From Eledone cirrhosa (Eukaryota), in the NCBI GenBank assembly GCA_964016885.1, contig OZ024743.1, forward strand, positions 282,162,001 through 282,226,000: a stretch of DNA of 64,000 nt. The letters are read 5' to 3'. This document shows, piece after piece, positions 1-12,242 of the stretch. Made by a program: the position numbers and the translations under genes. Below the pieces are notes generated by a model. That model did no database searches. It saw only the letters and a program-made list of their open reading frames with translations, and was not told where the DNA came from. The first letter of the stretch is position 1; each line of letters begins with the position of its first letter.

Positions 1-175
1 TTTCGGGGGTGTGTGCGACCCATGTCAACGCCCCTCCCTATTGAGGACATCGATTGTTAAATTTAATTTGTTATATGTTTTTTACACGTCTTTTTAAATG
101 TATGTAAACTCCCCCCTTTGTATTTGTCCCAATCTTTGATGCCCTGGTGGCAAATAAATAGAAATATATATTAAT

Positions 176-470
176 TAACACCAAACTCTCCCCCTCTCTA
201 TATCTACCATACAATACTCTCTCCCAATCCTCCTCTATATATCAATTATCACCAAACTCTCCCCCTCTCTATATCTACTACACGGAACTCTCTTACAATC
301 CCCCTCTCTATATCTACCATACAACACTCTCTCTTTCATTCCCTCTCACTCTATCCATCACTACCAAACTCTCCCCCTCTATATATCTATCAATACCTAT
401 CTCTATCAATCCTGTCACTCTATTCATTACCACCAAACTCTCTACATCTATATCTATCTCCCCCATCTTT
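176..470. repeat. pyrimidine-rich degenerate minisatellite
   Basis: recurring caccaaactctcccc(c)tctctatatcta units. Confidence 0.7.
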
Positions 471-604
471 CTCTAAATAACATGTACAAAAATCGTGGCG
501 CATATACAAATAGACACGTGTTTTTTTGGTAGTTTGTGAAGAAAAATATGATTATTAGCAGTGGGGTGCGTGAGTATATATATATATATATATATACTCA
601 TTAA

Positions 605-2560
605 AACAGCAGAAGCCTCTACCGGTTAGATATAGTCAGTGTTTCCTCAACAAATCTCTGTGGCTCTGATATTGTAGATTTGGATGGGGGATGGAAACTC
701 CACTATTCAGGTGTGGCACCAGAAATGACTGCACAGGCGGGAGTGGGGATACTCATAAGCCCCTGGCTGTCAGAATGTGGTATGGACTGGATCCCGTTAC
801 GAGGGAAGATTTGCTTCTTGAATCTTAGGCTGAAAGATAGGTCTCTGTGGGTGGTGCAAGTTTATGCACCAAACAAGGAATCCGAATACAGCCCATTCCT
901 TGACGAAGTCACTGCAGCGCTAGATATAGTTAAGACTGAGTCATATATCTTGATAGGAGATTTCAATGCACACGTTGGCACTGATCATCTGACATGGGAA
1001 GGAGTGATTGAAAGAAATGGCGACCTCGATCTAAATACGAATAGAGAGGCCTTACTAGACTTCTGTTCTAGCAATGGCTCTCTATTATGAACACCTTCTT
1101 CCAGCGCAGAATCATCCATAAATATACATGGTATAAGGGGAATATGGGACAGAGATCAATAATTGATTTTGTTATTGTCTCTGATCTCTTCGATTCTATG
1201 CTGGGTGTTCGTGTTAAGAGAGGGGCTGAGGTGTCACCCCCTCCCCCAATCTAGCTACCTGCAACTTGAGACTAACTAAAGCTAAAGAAGCCCACAAAAC
1301 TGGCTAATCCAGGGTGACCTACAGGATAAAGAGGAAAGTATTGATGGATAATGATGAAGTCAGGACCAGGTATGCAAATACTATTGCATCCAAATTCAGA
1401 GAACTCCCTGAACAAACTGAGAACGTTGAGACAGTGTGAAGATTGTTCAGTGCAGCAGTTTCTGCTTTAGCTGTTAAATGCTGCAGGCGAAAGAGGCTTG
1501 GTGTGGCACCGGATGGCAGGAGGGCCCCTTTTTTCAATCAAGAGGTCAAAGATGCAATCCGAGCAAAGAAGGCTTACAAAGCTTGGCTTGGAAATAATTC
1601 CTCCTTCTTGCATTTGCGGTACAATCAGGCACGAAGAATCGCAGCAGAGACAGTAAAGGCATCCAAAGTTAAAATATGGGAGGACTTTGGAGAAAATGAA
1701 ATCCGGCCCGAGATGTTAAAAGCCTTAACTAGAGAAGGTATTCTCTGGTTGACTCGTGTGTGCCGGGTGGCCTTGATCTCTGGAAAAGAACCTAAACAAT
1801 GGCAAGCGGGAATGATAATCCCAATTTTTACTTAACTTGACAGAAGATGATCTCTGACTTGCACTTGATAGGTTTGATGCCGAGTGCTGCATGGCTGGAA
1901 TGAAAATCGGTGCGACAAAAACTGAGACGCTCGTCCCCTCAATGAAGCCTGCACAGTGCACTCTACATGTAAATGAAGTTTCATTGAAGCAGGTAGATAA
2001 GTTTAAGTATCTCGGGGGCATGATCACGAGTGATGGAAAGCAAGAGACTGAATTAAGAGCAAGAATTGCAGGAGCTGGTGCAGTAATGCGCCAGCTTCAG
2101 CATTCAGTAATCAGAAGGAGGTTGGTGTAAAAGCCAAACTCATGTTCTTCAATTCGGTATTCGTTCCAGCCTTGACCTATGGTCATGAATCTTGGGTAAT
2201 GACCGAAAGAATACGATCGCGAATACAAGCAACCAAAATGGATCATTGGAGTAGATAAAGTGCGTAGCTCGGAGATCAGAGAGTCACTTCAGGTAGAGCC
2301 ACTACTTTTACGAGAGATCACAGCTCCGATACTTTGGGCATGTGCTTAAAATGTCTCAGGAAAGAATCACAGGACAGATTTTACGGGCAAAACCAACTGG
2401 CACGAGACCCAGCAAGATGGTTGGATAACATCTATTTGCTTGGCTGGTGTCGCTTGGGGATAGGCCGGATCAATTAGAGATGGTTGCTTCTGACAGGACC
2501 TGCTGGAAAGAGTGTTTGAGGACTCTGCCCCCACGACCCTCTCAGAAAGAAGAAAAAGAA
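605..2560 (+). mobile_element. degenerate RTE-clade LINE (Expander/Rex3-like), internally deleted
   Basis: AP-endonuclease motifs (GVGILIS, QVYAPN, IGDFNAHVG), FKYLG, and ...LTYGHESWVMTERIRSRIQA; many stops and frameshifts. Confidence 0.85.
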
Positions 2561-2599
2561 GAAATCTAAATCAATTTAAAATACACATGTACCAACTAG

Positions 2600-4990
2600 A
2601 TTTCCCTATTGTTCCAGTGTTGACCTGGACCAACCGCATAGGGTCATCTAGATCGTATATAGATAGGATTCTCATTAGGACAATAGATAGGAATAGTGTA
2701 GGCTATCCACGTTTTCAAATGGTCACCTATTCAGATCACAAGTTTCTGATCTGTATGGTCGTCCTAGCTAAGACGTGCAGGTTAGGACCTGGTTACTGGA
2801 AGCTGAACATGTCGTTTCCGGCCCATAAGGCCCGTAAGAGACCGGGTCAACAATTTAGTTAAGCAAAGGTTGACAGGGGAGGAGTCATCAACAACATGTG
2901 GTGGTGGGCACTCAAAGGGAGATTAGAGTAATTATGATAGGTTTTAGCAAAGAAGTAGCGTTAGAGAAAAATAGAAAGGAGAGGAGCTGGTAGCTAAATT
3001 CGACGAGGCTATTTTTAGTATTGCAACTGACGTAGCGGCAAGAATGGCATTAGACCATTTCAACAATGCGAAACACGAAGGTTGCATTGTCAGAGCTAAG
3101 CTGCGTGCTCTAAGAAATGAGGGAACCAAAGCTGTTCGATGGGCACGCGTAGCAGAGGCGCAGCGTGATAACAAAAACACAACTCGGTCTTTGCCAGACC
3201 GAAACGATTGAGAGATGAACTATTTCAGGCAGATGTGTGAGGCCTTTCGCCAGCACTTTGCGCAACTGTTCAGGTAGAGCGGGGGTTGGAGACGATGGCA
3301 GAGTTCAGTCCCTACATCGACTGTATATCGCGTCTTTCGCCAGCTGATGCTGAGCGCTGCGAAAGGCCAATAACTTCAGCCAAGATTCAGGATGCCCTAG
3401 TCGGCTGCACGAGGCACAGTCACCTACTTTGGATGGTGTGCCCTACGAACTTTGCGGAGACATGGCAGACTTGTTCTCCGTTCTCCTCGAAGCGCAACAC
3501 TGCAACTGGCAGCAGAATGGGAGTATTCCCAGTTCTGTGAGCCGAGGCGTAGTGACACTGATCAGAAAAGACGAGAACAAGAGCAATACATTAGACAACT
3601 TCAGGCCCATAACTCTGCTGAACACAGAGTTTAAGATTTTGGCCAAGCTTTTAGCGAAGAGGTTCGTGCTTGTCGTCGAGAATTTGGTGGCGCAAACTTG
3701 CGCAATCCCGACCAGGTCCATACATGACAACCTCCAACTAATGCGATACATCATAGAGCTGGTAGGGTATAAATTGGACTTTGTTGGGGCTCTGATCAAT
3801 TTTGATCAATCGCAAGCTTTCGATAGGGTCGACCATCGATACTTGGAGGCAATCCTCAAAGCAGCTGGCTTCAGCCCTGTCTTCAGAGGCTGGATCGCTG
3901 CAATGCACAGTGGCATCTCCTCGGTGGTCAAAGTTAACGGCCAACTTTCGGAATCGTTTAAGATCTTCCGATTGGTCCGTCAAGGGTGCCCTTTCTCTTC
4001 CTTTCTGTATATATTGACTCTCGAGCCTTTACTGTGGAAGCTGGAACTGTTGCAGGGCATCCCGCAAGTCGGTGGGCTTGTAGCTCGGCACTTGAAGAGG
4101 CAAGTCCACGCTGTCCAACAGTGTTATCGGGCGCTAGACGGGCGGACAGGTAAAGTTGCTCGGGGTTTGGTTCAAGGCAGACCCCCAGGTGGATAAGAAC
4201 TGGGACAAAGTTACAATCAGGGTAGCCACTCTCACCCAGAAATGGGCCGAGAGGAAGCTGTCCCTGAAAGGTCGGGTGGAGGATGCGAACGCATACATCG
4301 CATCCATCATCTACTACTGTCTGACGGTCGTGCCTTGCCCCCACTCACTCTTGCCAAACTGGAATGGCTCCTCTTCAACTTCTTGTGGAGGGAACCGGTT
4401 CCGTTAGTGAGGCAGTCCATCTGCTGCCAGAACCCTCTATGTGGAGGACCGGGCATGCCATGGCTAATGTTGCGCAAACATGCGCTGGGACTGCGGCATC
4501 TCCAGATATTCTGCCTAAACGGTGAACAGGTGGTTTGTGAGACAGGCCTTTCCGCAGTTCGTCTCTTTGACTGAGCTGCAGTCCTTGATCAAGAAGAGAC
4601 CGAGACGGGGCATCTGGCATGTTGCCAGGCACTCACTGCCCTCTACCAGGCGGGAAATGCGGTCAGTGGAACTTCCACTCTCGAATTCTATAGAGGATTG
4701 GTGGTGGGCAATTGCGGCGACACACTTGAAGAGGCTCTAGGCGTCGACGAAGTCGAACTGACCAGTTTGTTACGGAGGACTTTCGAACCGGAGACTATGG
4801 AAAACTTCAAAAAATTCATCACTTGACAGTGCCACCGAGGAGGGGGGCAGCATTGCTGGAATAAGTTAAACTTTACAGGCACGGAAGTGCTGTCAGACAG
4901 ACCTGCCCGAAATGCGACGAAAGCGTTCTGCACGTACTCGTCCAAAGTCCGTGCATTACTGACTTGTGGAATTATGTCGAATATAATTAT
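2600..4990 (+). mobile_element. degenerate Tx1/L1-clade LINE ORF2
   Basis: APE end (IDRIL, SDHK, GPGYWKLN); RT motifs NFRPITLLNTEFKILAK, DQSQAFDRVDH, RQGCPFS; W..RKLSLKGR. Confidence 0.88.
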
Positions 4991-5307
4991 TAAGGAGGAA
5001 CATGCTCCCATCCCAGTTCCACCGCTCCTGCGAGATAAAAGTTGTTTAAAAACAGTAAACATTTTGTGTGTTATTGTTTGTTTATGTGAAGGTAGGAGGT
5101 GTAGAAAGATGAGTATATGAGAGTTAATGTTAGAATTAAAATTAGGTTAGGGTTAAAGTTAGAAATAAGAAGGATTAGTGTTAATATAGTTACCGTGGAC
5201 GATCACGTGGCTAGTCTACGAGCCTTGTTGGTGTGTCAGTATTTCTGTCACACACACACACACATATATATATATATAAATTCAAAATTAAAAGATATAT
5301 GTATTTG

Positions 5308-5366
<59 letters not shown>

Positions 5367-5370
5367 GTCA

Positions 5371-5895
5371 TTTTGGAAGCCTCAACAATGCAGATGGGTA
5401 AATCTCCGGGTAACAGAATCCGGTGGTGAAGAGAGAGATGTAAGGGAATGTAGAATGAGATGTATAGTGTGTAGAGGAACGTAGGAAAGAGCGTAAAAAA
5501 TAAAAATAATAACACGAGATAGAGTTACCTAGGGAGAGATTTAATTGTCCCTATATTTCGGATTCGCATTCATCAACTGGGGGGTTTTCCGAGGGGGAAA
5601 AGTTATCTGTCGGAGAGGAACGGTACGTGTCCTCTGCTGTCCGCTGTTTGTGACTTACTGAGGTATTCTGTAGAGCGCACGTGCGCGCGGAATAGATGCG
5701 GTCAAGCAAAGGTCGAAGCAGTTCTTTTTATTGTGGGGGTGGGATGGCGTTAGCTGTCAATCTATTATACTACCTATGTACATATAGGTAGTACCCGGAG
5801 ATTTACTCATCTGCATTGTCGAGGCTTCCAAAACACCCCCAAAAAATAAATCTTATTATTCCACAATGCTTCAAGCAAACTTCAATACTCTCATA
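5371..5895. mobile_element. PLE-related non-coding pLTR fragment with 42-bp inverted duplication
   Basis: 5371-5412 inverted at 5792-5833; tail (acaatgcttcaag) resembles the PLE tail near 20131; degenerate HHR on minus strand at 5549-5580. Confidence 0.55.
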
Positions 5896-5941
5896 AATAT
5901 ATCTATATAAATTTATATATATATATATAAATATATATATA

Positions 5942-6925
5942 CTAGCATTAAAGCCCGGCGTTGCTCGGGGTCATTAAGTTACCAAAGTTAGGTTGCACCA
6001 CCCATTTTATGGCAGCACTTTTTTGTCTGCCAGGCACTGGGTGAATGAATTGCAGACCTGGAAGTATGAGCTGCGCCAGCAGTGACAATTGTAGTTTCGC
6101 CTATGGATATTATCTCTGTGCAAAAAAGTGTTAAAATTTATTGTTTCACAGTACTTGCGCAACACGCGCGTAGACGATGCCAGCCGAACAACAGAGCTGC
6201 GATGGAGTTGTTCTGCATGGTTGTCTGTGTGTTTTCTAAATTTAAGACAGTAGGGAGGGTTGTGATATGAGGGAGAGTTAGCTGTTGTTTCTAGCAGGTT
6301 TAGTGACCTCATAGAGGATATGTGTTTTCTAAATTTAAGACAGTAGGGAGTGGTGTGATATGGGGGAGAGTTAGCTGCTGTTTCTAACAGGTTTAGTGAC
6401 CTCATAGAAGATATGTTTTCTAAATTTAAGACAGTAGGGAGGGGTGTGATATGGGGGAGAGTTAGCTGCTGTTTCTAACAGGTTTAGTGACCTCATAGAA
6501 GATATGTTTTCTAAATTTAAGACAGTAGGGAGGGGTGTGATATGGGGGAGAGTTAGCTGCTGTTTCTAGCAGGTTTAGTAACCTCATAGAGGATATGTGT
6601 TTTCTAAATTTAAGACAGTAGGGAGTGGTGTGAACGGACAGTATCACCATCAAGCTTGGAAAGAGAAAGTAGCAGAAAGTATGAAGTTGTATAGATTTTG
6701 AATGGTAGTAGAAAGAGTTCAGCAGTTTAAATGAGAGAAAAAATCGTAAAATATTGAGTTTTATCTATTTTTTGCGTAATTGTGGGTGAAATTGAAAAAA
6801 TTATCTGCGTCAAGACGCAATCGAAACTACTATTTCGAATACTGAATTGTAAATTTCAATTGAAGAAATTCTATATCGTAGATTTCTATAACGAAGGAGC
6901 ATGACCACACACTGAGCTTTATAGA
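5942..6925 (-). mobile_element. non-autonomous Helitron
   Basis: minus-strand 3' end: hairpin CCCGAGCAACGCCGGG then CTAG|T; 5' end A|TCTATAAAGCTCAGTGTGTG; internal tandem repeat. Confidence 0.7.
6226..6632. repeat. 91-93 bp tandem repeat, about 4.4 copies, inside the Helitron
   Basis: tttaagacagtaggg recurs at 6241, 6334, 6425, 6516 and 6609. Confidence 0.95.
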
Positions 6926-6936
6926 TTATGATATAT

Positions 6937-7006
6937 GACAGTCGATCGACTTTCGACAAATCGGACCGAGGAAACAATGTTTTCATTTGTCTTTCATCGG
7001 TCGAAA
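6937..7006 (-). ncRNA. hammerhead relic (probably inactive)
   Basis: CCGATGA-AA-GACAAAT...ATTTGTC-GAAA-GTCGATCGAC-T-G; G at position 17 and truncated 3' strand of stem I. Confidence 0.45.
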
Positions 7007-7066
7007 CTCCCGATAGAAGGAGCAACGTGAAATAAATATATATATGTACATATAAATATATATATG

Positions 7067-7128
<62 letters not shown>

Positions 7129-7147
7129 TATATATATATAAATATAT

Positions 7148-8083
7148 TCCGTTACCTGGGCGATAAAATCAGCAGTGGGGGAGGGTGCTCTGAAAGTACT
7201 GTAGCTAGAGTCAGAACTGGTTGGAAAAAGTTCAGAGAGCTTATACCACTATTAGCTGCTAAAGGGTTCTCCCTAAAAATGAAAGGCAGGTTGTACGATG
7301 CCTGCATACGAACAGCAATGTTGCATGGTAGTGAGACCTGGGCATTGTGTGCAGAGGATATACGCAGACTAGAGAGGAACGAAGCTTGCATGCTCCGCTG
7401 GATGTGTAACAGTAATATACGTGAACGGCAAAGCATAAACGAACTAAGGAAAAAATTAGAGATAAGAGGGATCAGATGTTGTTTACTCGAGAGAAGGCTG
7501 CGTTGGTATGGACACGTGATGCGCATGAAAGTCGATAGCTGTATTACAAAGTGCAGGGCAATAAAGATAGACGGTAGCCACGGAATAGGCAGACCTAGAA
7601 AAACATGGGATGAGCTGATAAACTCCGACCTCACACACTTACACCTCTCCAAGACAATGTCACTGGACCGTGACCTTTGGCGGTACTCAGTAACAGAGAA
7701 GACCCGCCTTGCCAGTAGGCATCTCTAACAAACTACACCCCGTCCCGCCACCACCCCCACCCCATCCACACCACCCCGTTCTATGTAAAGTTATGTTGGT
7801 GCCGCGCCATCCAGGCCGAAACAAATGAGATCGTGTAGGTGTCACGACAAAAAAACACACAGTCCACGCTGTAATGTGGCCGTGTAGGCAACACGGTAAA
7901 AACCTCCCAGACCCACACTGTAAATGTGGTTGGTGTTAGGAAGGGCATCCAACTGTAGAAAACCTGCCAGACAGTCCTATGCGAGCAAGACAATCACTCT
8001 TGCCTCAAGTGGGACTACCCCCGTCCAAACCCATGCAAGCGTGGAACACGGACGTTAAACGTTGATGATGATGATGATGATGA
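7148..8083 (+). mobile_element. 5'-truncated RTE LINE 3' end
   Basis: YLGD..., KGRLYDACIRTAMLHGSETW, RRLRWYGHVMRM, GRPRKTW; (GAT)n tail. Confidence 0.92.
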
Positions 8084-9088
<1,005 letters not shown>

Positions 9089-9335
9089 AGCTGCAGAAAC
9101 CCATATAGTGGGTTTTACCAACCTTCCAGGGGTCCGGGTAAATTTTCAATACCCGAATTACTTAATCGTTTTTTTGGCTATGCGAATGATTGTTTAACCA
9201 TCGTCTCAGTGTGTTTGGCCTTTAACGTTTGTTATAGCTCTGGTTCATCTGAATCATTGAGCACTTGCCGCACATCTCGGAGGTTGTTTTTCGTTATTTC
9301 GTGGGCCGAAATGCGAATCTCGATAATTTATGTCT

Positions 9336-9389
<54 letters not shown>

Positions 9390-10635
9390 GTCCTGTGTGT
9401 GTAGTGCCATCATTGGATAAATGGAAGATTAAGTAATTAATTTATTAACATAAAAGAGCTATATAATTTATATGCTGAGTGCAATGAATTATGTACAGGG
9501 GATGTATGAGTTATAAATACATATATGGCTTGATGGTCAGATCAGTGTCTTTGTAAGTGAGAATTGATCTCTGGACTACCCTAGTCATATTTAACTTTGC
9601 CATGCAATCACCCAGAACTTACCAGGAGTCATATATAGAAGTGATTCTAATAAGACCCTGCCAGGTCCTGCGGGTGGACTACACTTACAAAGATCATTGA
9701 TTTGGAGATCTGACTCTTCATGTGGAATGTTCGGTGAGGACACTCTATGATAAAAGGTAATCATCCTAATATGAACACCTTTAGTACTTCTTGATAGACT
9801 ACACTGTAATTTATAGATAAGATACTTAAATTTAGAAATTGTTTATAACCTTATATGATGGGAACTCATTTGAGACACCATTAATGTACTTTAGGATAAT
9901 AAATTTAGCTATAGAAATCAGCTAGTTACCTCCCCTTACGCATTAACTCCCCTTAATCACACACACACTTCCGGAATATAATACGATGTCATCTCTCACA
10001 ACAAAAACAACCTGCTATATGGAATCGAATTAAAGAACGACAAGCTGTGATGTTCTAGCATGGTTCACCAGGCACCCAATGTTGAATCATCGTGGATTGT
10101 GAGATGGACATGTAGTCTATAAATTGCGTTTCCTGGATTGTGAGAGTGGTGGTGTGTACGAGGACAGTGGTGCTGTTTTGCTTCTCATTTCTAATAGTTT
10201 CGATATTTTTGGTGTTTCTCCACACACGGGCTTCTATATCGTACAGGTGTGTGTGAATAAAGCTTAACCAGTTCAGCCCCCATGATGCTCTTGGATGCCT
10301 GCTTTGACTGCTTGTTTTACTTGTAACAATCTGCCGCACTATAATCTTGTATAAATAGGACACGCGTGCATGCCACACGTGTGACTGTTGAATACACTGC
10401 TACTCCAAACTTTCCTTTTGCTTTATCTTAGTAGACTGCCAATGTTTTATTTTTATTTTTATTTTTATTTTAACTTTAATTTTGTCCTTTAATATGACTG
10501 TAATCTTTGTATGTAAATTACCATGCTATATTATTATAATAGATGTCAACCCACTGTGGGCCAATATATACATATGTTTCTATATGTCTCTTGTGTTGAA
10601 AAGGAGGTCAAGTATGTTAAAAATCACTGAATAAT

Positions 10636-10682
10636 TGCTCCGAAGACTCCAAACCTCGGTTTGGAAGAAACAATTGTAAGCA
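10636..10682 (+). ncRNA. minimal type I hammerhead ribozyme, U4C core variant
   Basis: TGCT-CCGAAGA-C-TCCAAAC(ctcg)GTTTGGA-A-GAAA-CAATTG-TA-AGCA; palindromic stem III ACAATTGT; GUA site. Confidence 0.75.
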
Positions 10683-10717
10683 GATAAATGATTTAAACAG
10701 AACTTTGTTTCATGTAA

Positions 10718-10778
<61 letters not shown>

Positions 10779-10787
10779 TAAATATAT

Positions 10788-10822
<35 letters not shown>

Positions 10823-10927
10823 AATGTGTAAATGAAGTAATTCCGTCGGAAAAGTCCAGGAAAAAAGAGTGCTCTATGTAGGTAACAGAGCTTAATAGTT
10901 ATGTAATAAACAACATAAGGCAATTAT

Positions 10928-10985
10928 TCCATTTACCAGTGGTTTCTTAAAAGCAAAACATTTTGCTTTCAATCCTCAGAATGAA
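10928..10985 (-). ncRNA. type I hammerhead ribozyme (inverted twin of 11074-11131)
   Basis: reverse complement carries the same CTGAGGA core, long stem II and GAAACCACTGGTA. Confidence 0.85.
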
Positions 10986-11073
10986 AAAATCCTGGTCTGT
11001 TTATTGAATTTGGATTTTAAAAACAAAAAGTTTTGTTTTTAAAATCCCAATTCAATAAACAGACCAGGATTTT

Positions 11074-11131
11074 TTCATTCTGAGGATTGAAAGCAAAATT
11101 TTTTGCTTTTAAGAAACCACTGGTAAATGGA
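11074..11131 (+). ncRNA. type I hammerhead ribozyme, canonical core
   Basis: TTCATT-CTGAGGA-TTGAAAGCAAAA(tt)TTTTGCTTTTAA-GAAA-CCACTGG-TA-AATGGA; GUA site. Confidence 0.85.
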
Positions 11132-11366
11132 ATAATTGCCTTATGTTGTTTATTACATAACTATATATATATATATATATAAATATATTTATATATAAAT
11201 ATATATATGTATATATAAATATATTTATATATAAATATATATATATATAAATATATATATTTATATATAAATATATATATGTATATATAAATATATTTAT
11301 ATATAAATATATAAATATATATAAATATATATATATAAATAAATATATATATATAAATATATATAA

Positions 11367-11401
<35 letters not shown>

Positions 11402-11496
11402 AATGAAGTAATTCCGTCGGAAAGGTCCAGGAAAAAAGTACTCTATGTAGGTAACAGAGCTTAATAGTTATGTAATAAACAACATAAGGCAATTAT

Positions 11497-11555
11497 TTCA
11501 TTTACCAGTGGTTTCTTGAAAGCAAACAAATTTTGCCTTCAATCATCAGAATGAA
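11497..11555 (-). ncRNA. type I hammerhead ribozyme, CUGAUGA core (third copy)
   Basis: TTCATT-CTGATGA-TTGAAGGCAAA(atttg)TTTGCTTTCAA-GAAA-CCACTGG-TA-AATGAA; stem substitutions relative to the other copies keep pairing. Confidence 0.87.
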
Positions 11556-11696
11556 AAAATCCTGGTGTATTTATTGACATTGGATTTTAAAAACAAAAAT
11601 ATAATCTATATGAAAGTGGTTGGAAAAGGAAGGAAAGGAAAAATAAACACACACACACATATACATACACACACATATATACATACACATATATAT

Positions 11697-11727
<31 letters not shown>

Positions 11728-11812
11728 CATACACGTACAAATACACATACATATACATACATATCCATACATACACATATCCATACATACACATACACAC
11801 ACACACACACAC

Positions 11813-11859
<47 letters not shown>

Positions 11860-12242
11860 CATATATACATATATACACGCATAATAATCATACATATATA
11901 TACACACGTACATACACACACATACTTACACACATATATACGCGCACACAAATATATATATATATATATACATATAGGAAAAAGTATGACCCCGACGGCA
12001 GAGCTCAAGCCGTTTCTGAGGCTATTATATATATACACACACATAAACATATATATAAAAATACACACACACACACACATATCTACAAAAGGTTACGTCA
12101 CCACCTTAATAAAAATACACACACACATAAAAACACACTCACACACACACACATATATATATACACACACACACAATTACAACAGATACATATAAAATAC
12201 AATTATATACACACATACATATACATCCAGATATATATAATT

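Noticed and set aside
1-165. Possible LINE 3' end with AATAAA
   Set aside because: Cut by the window edge; too little sequence to classify
6226-6632. Regular repeat array resembling CRISPR
   Set aside because: Whole 91-93 bp units repeat with no unique spacers; eukaryotic Helitron-internal tandem repeat
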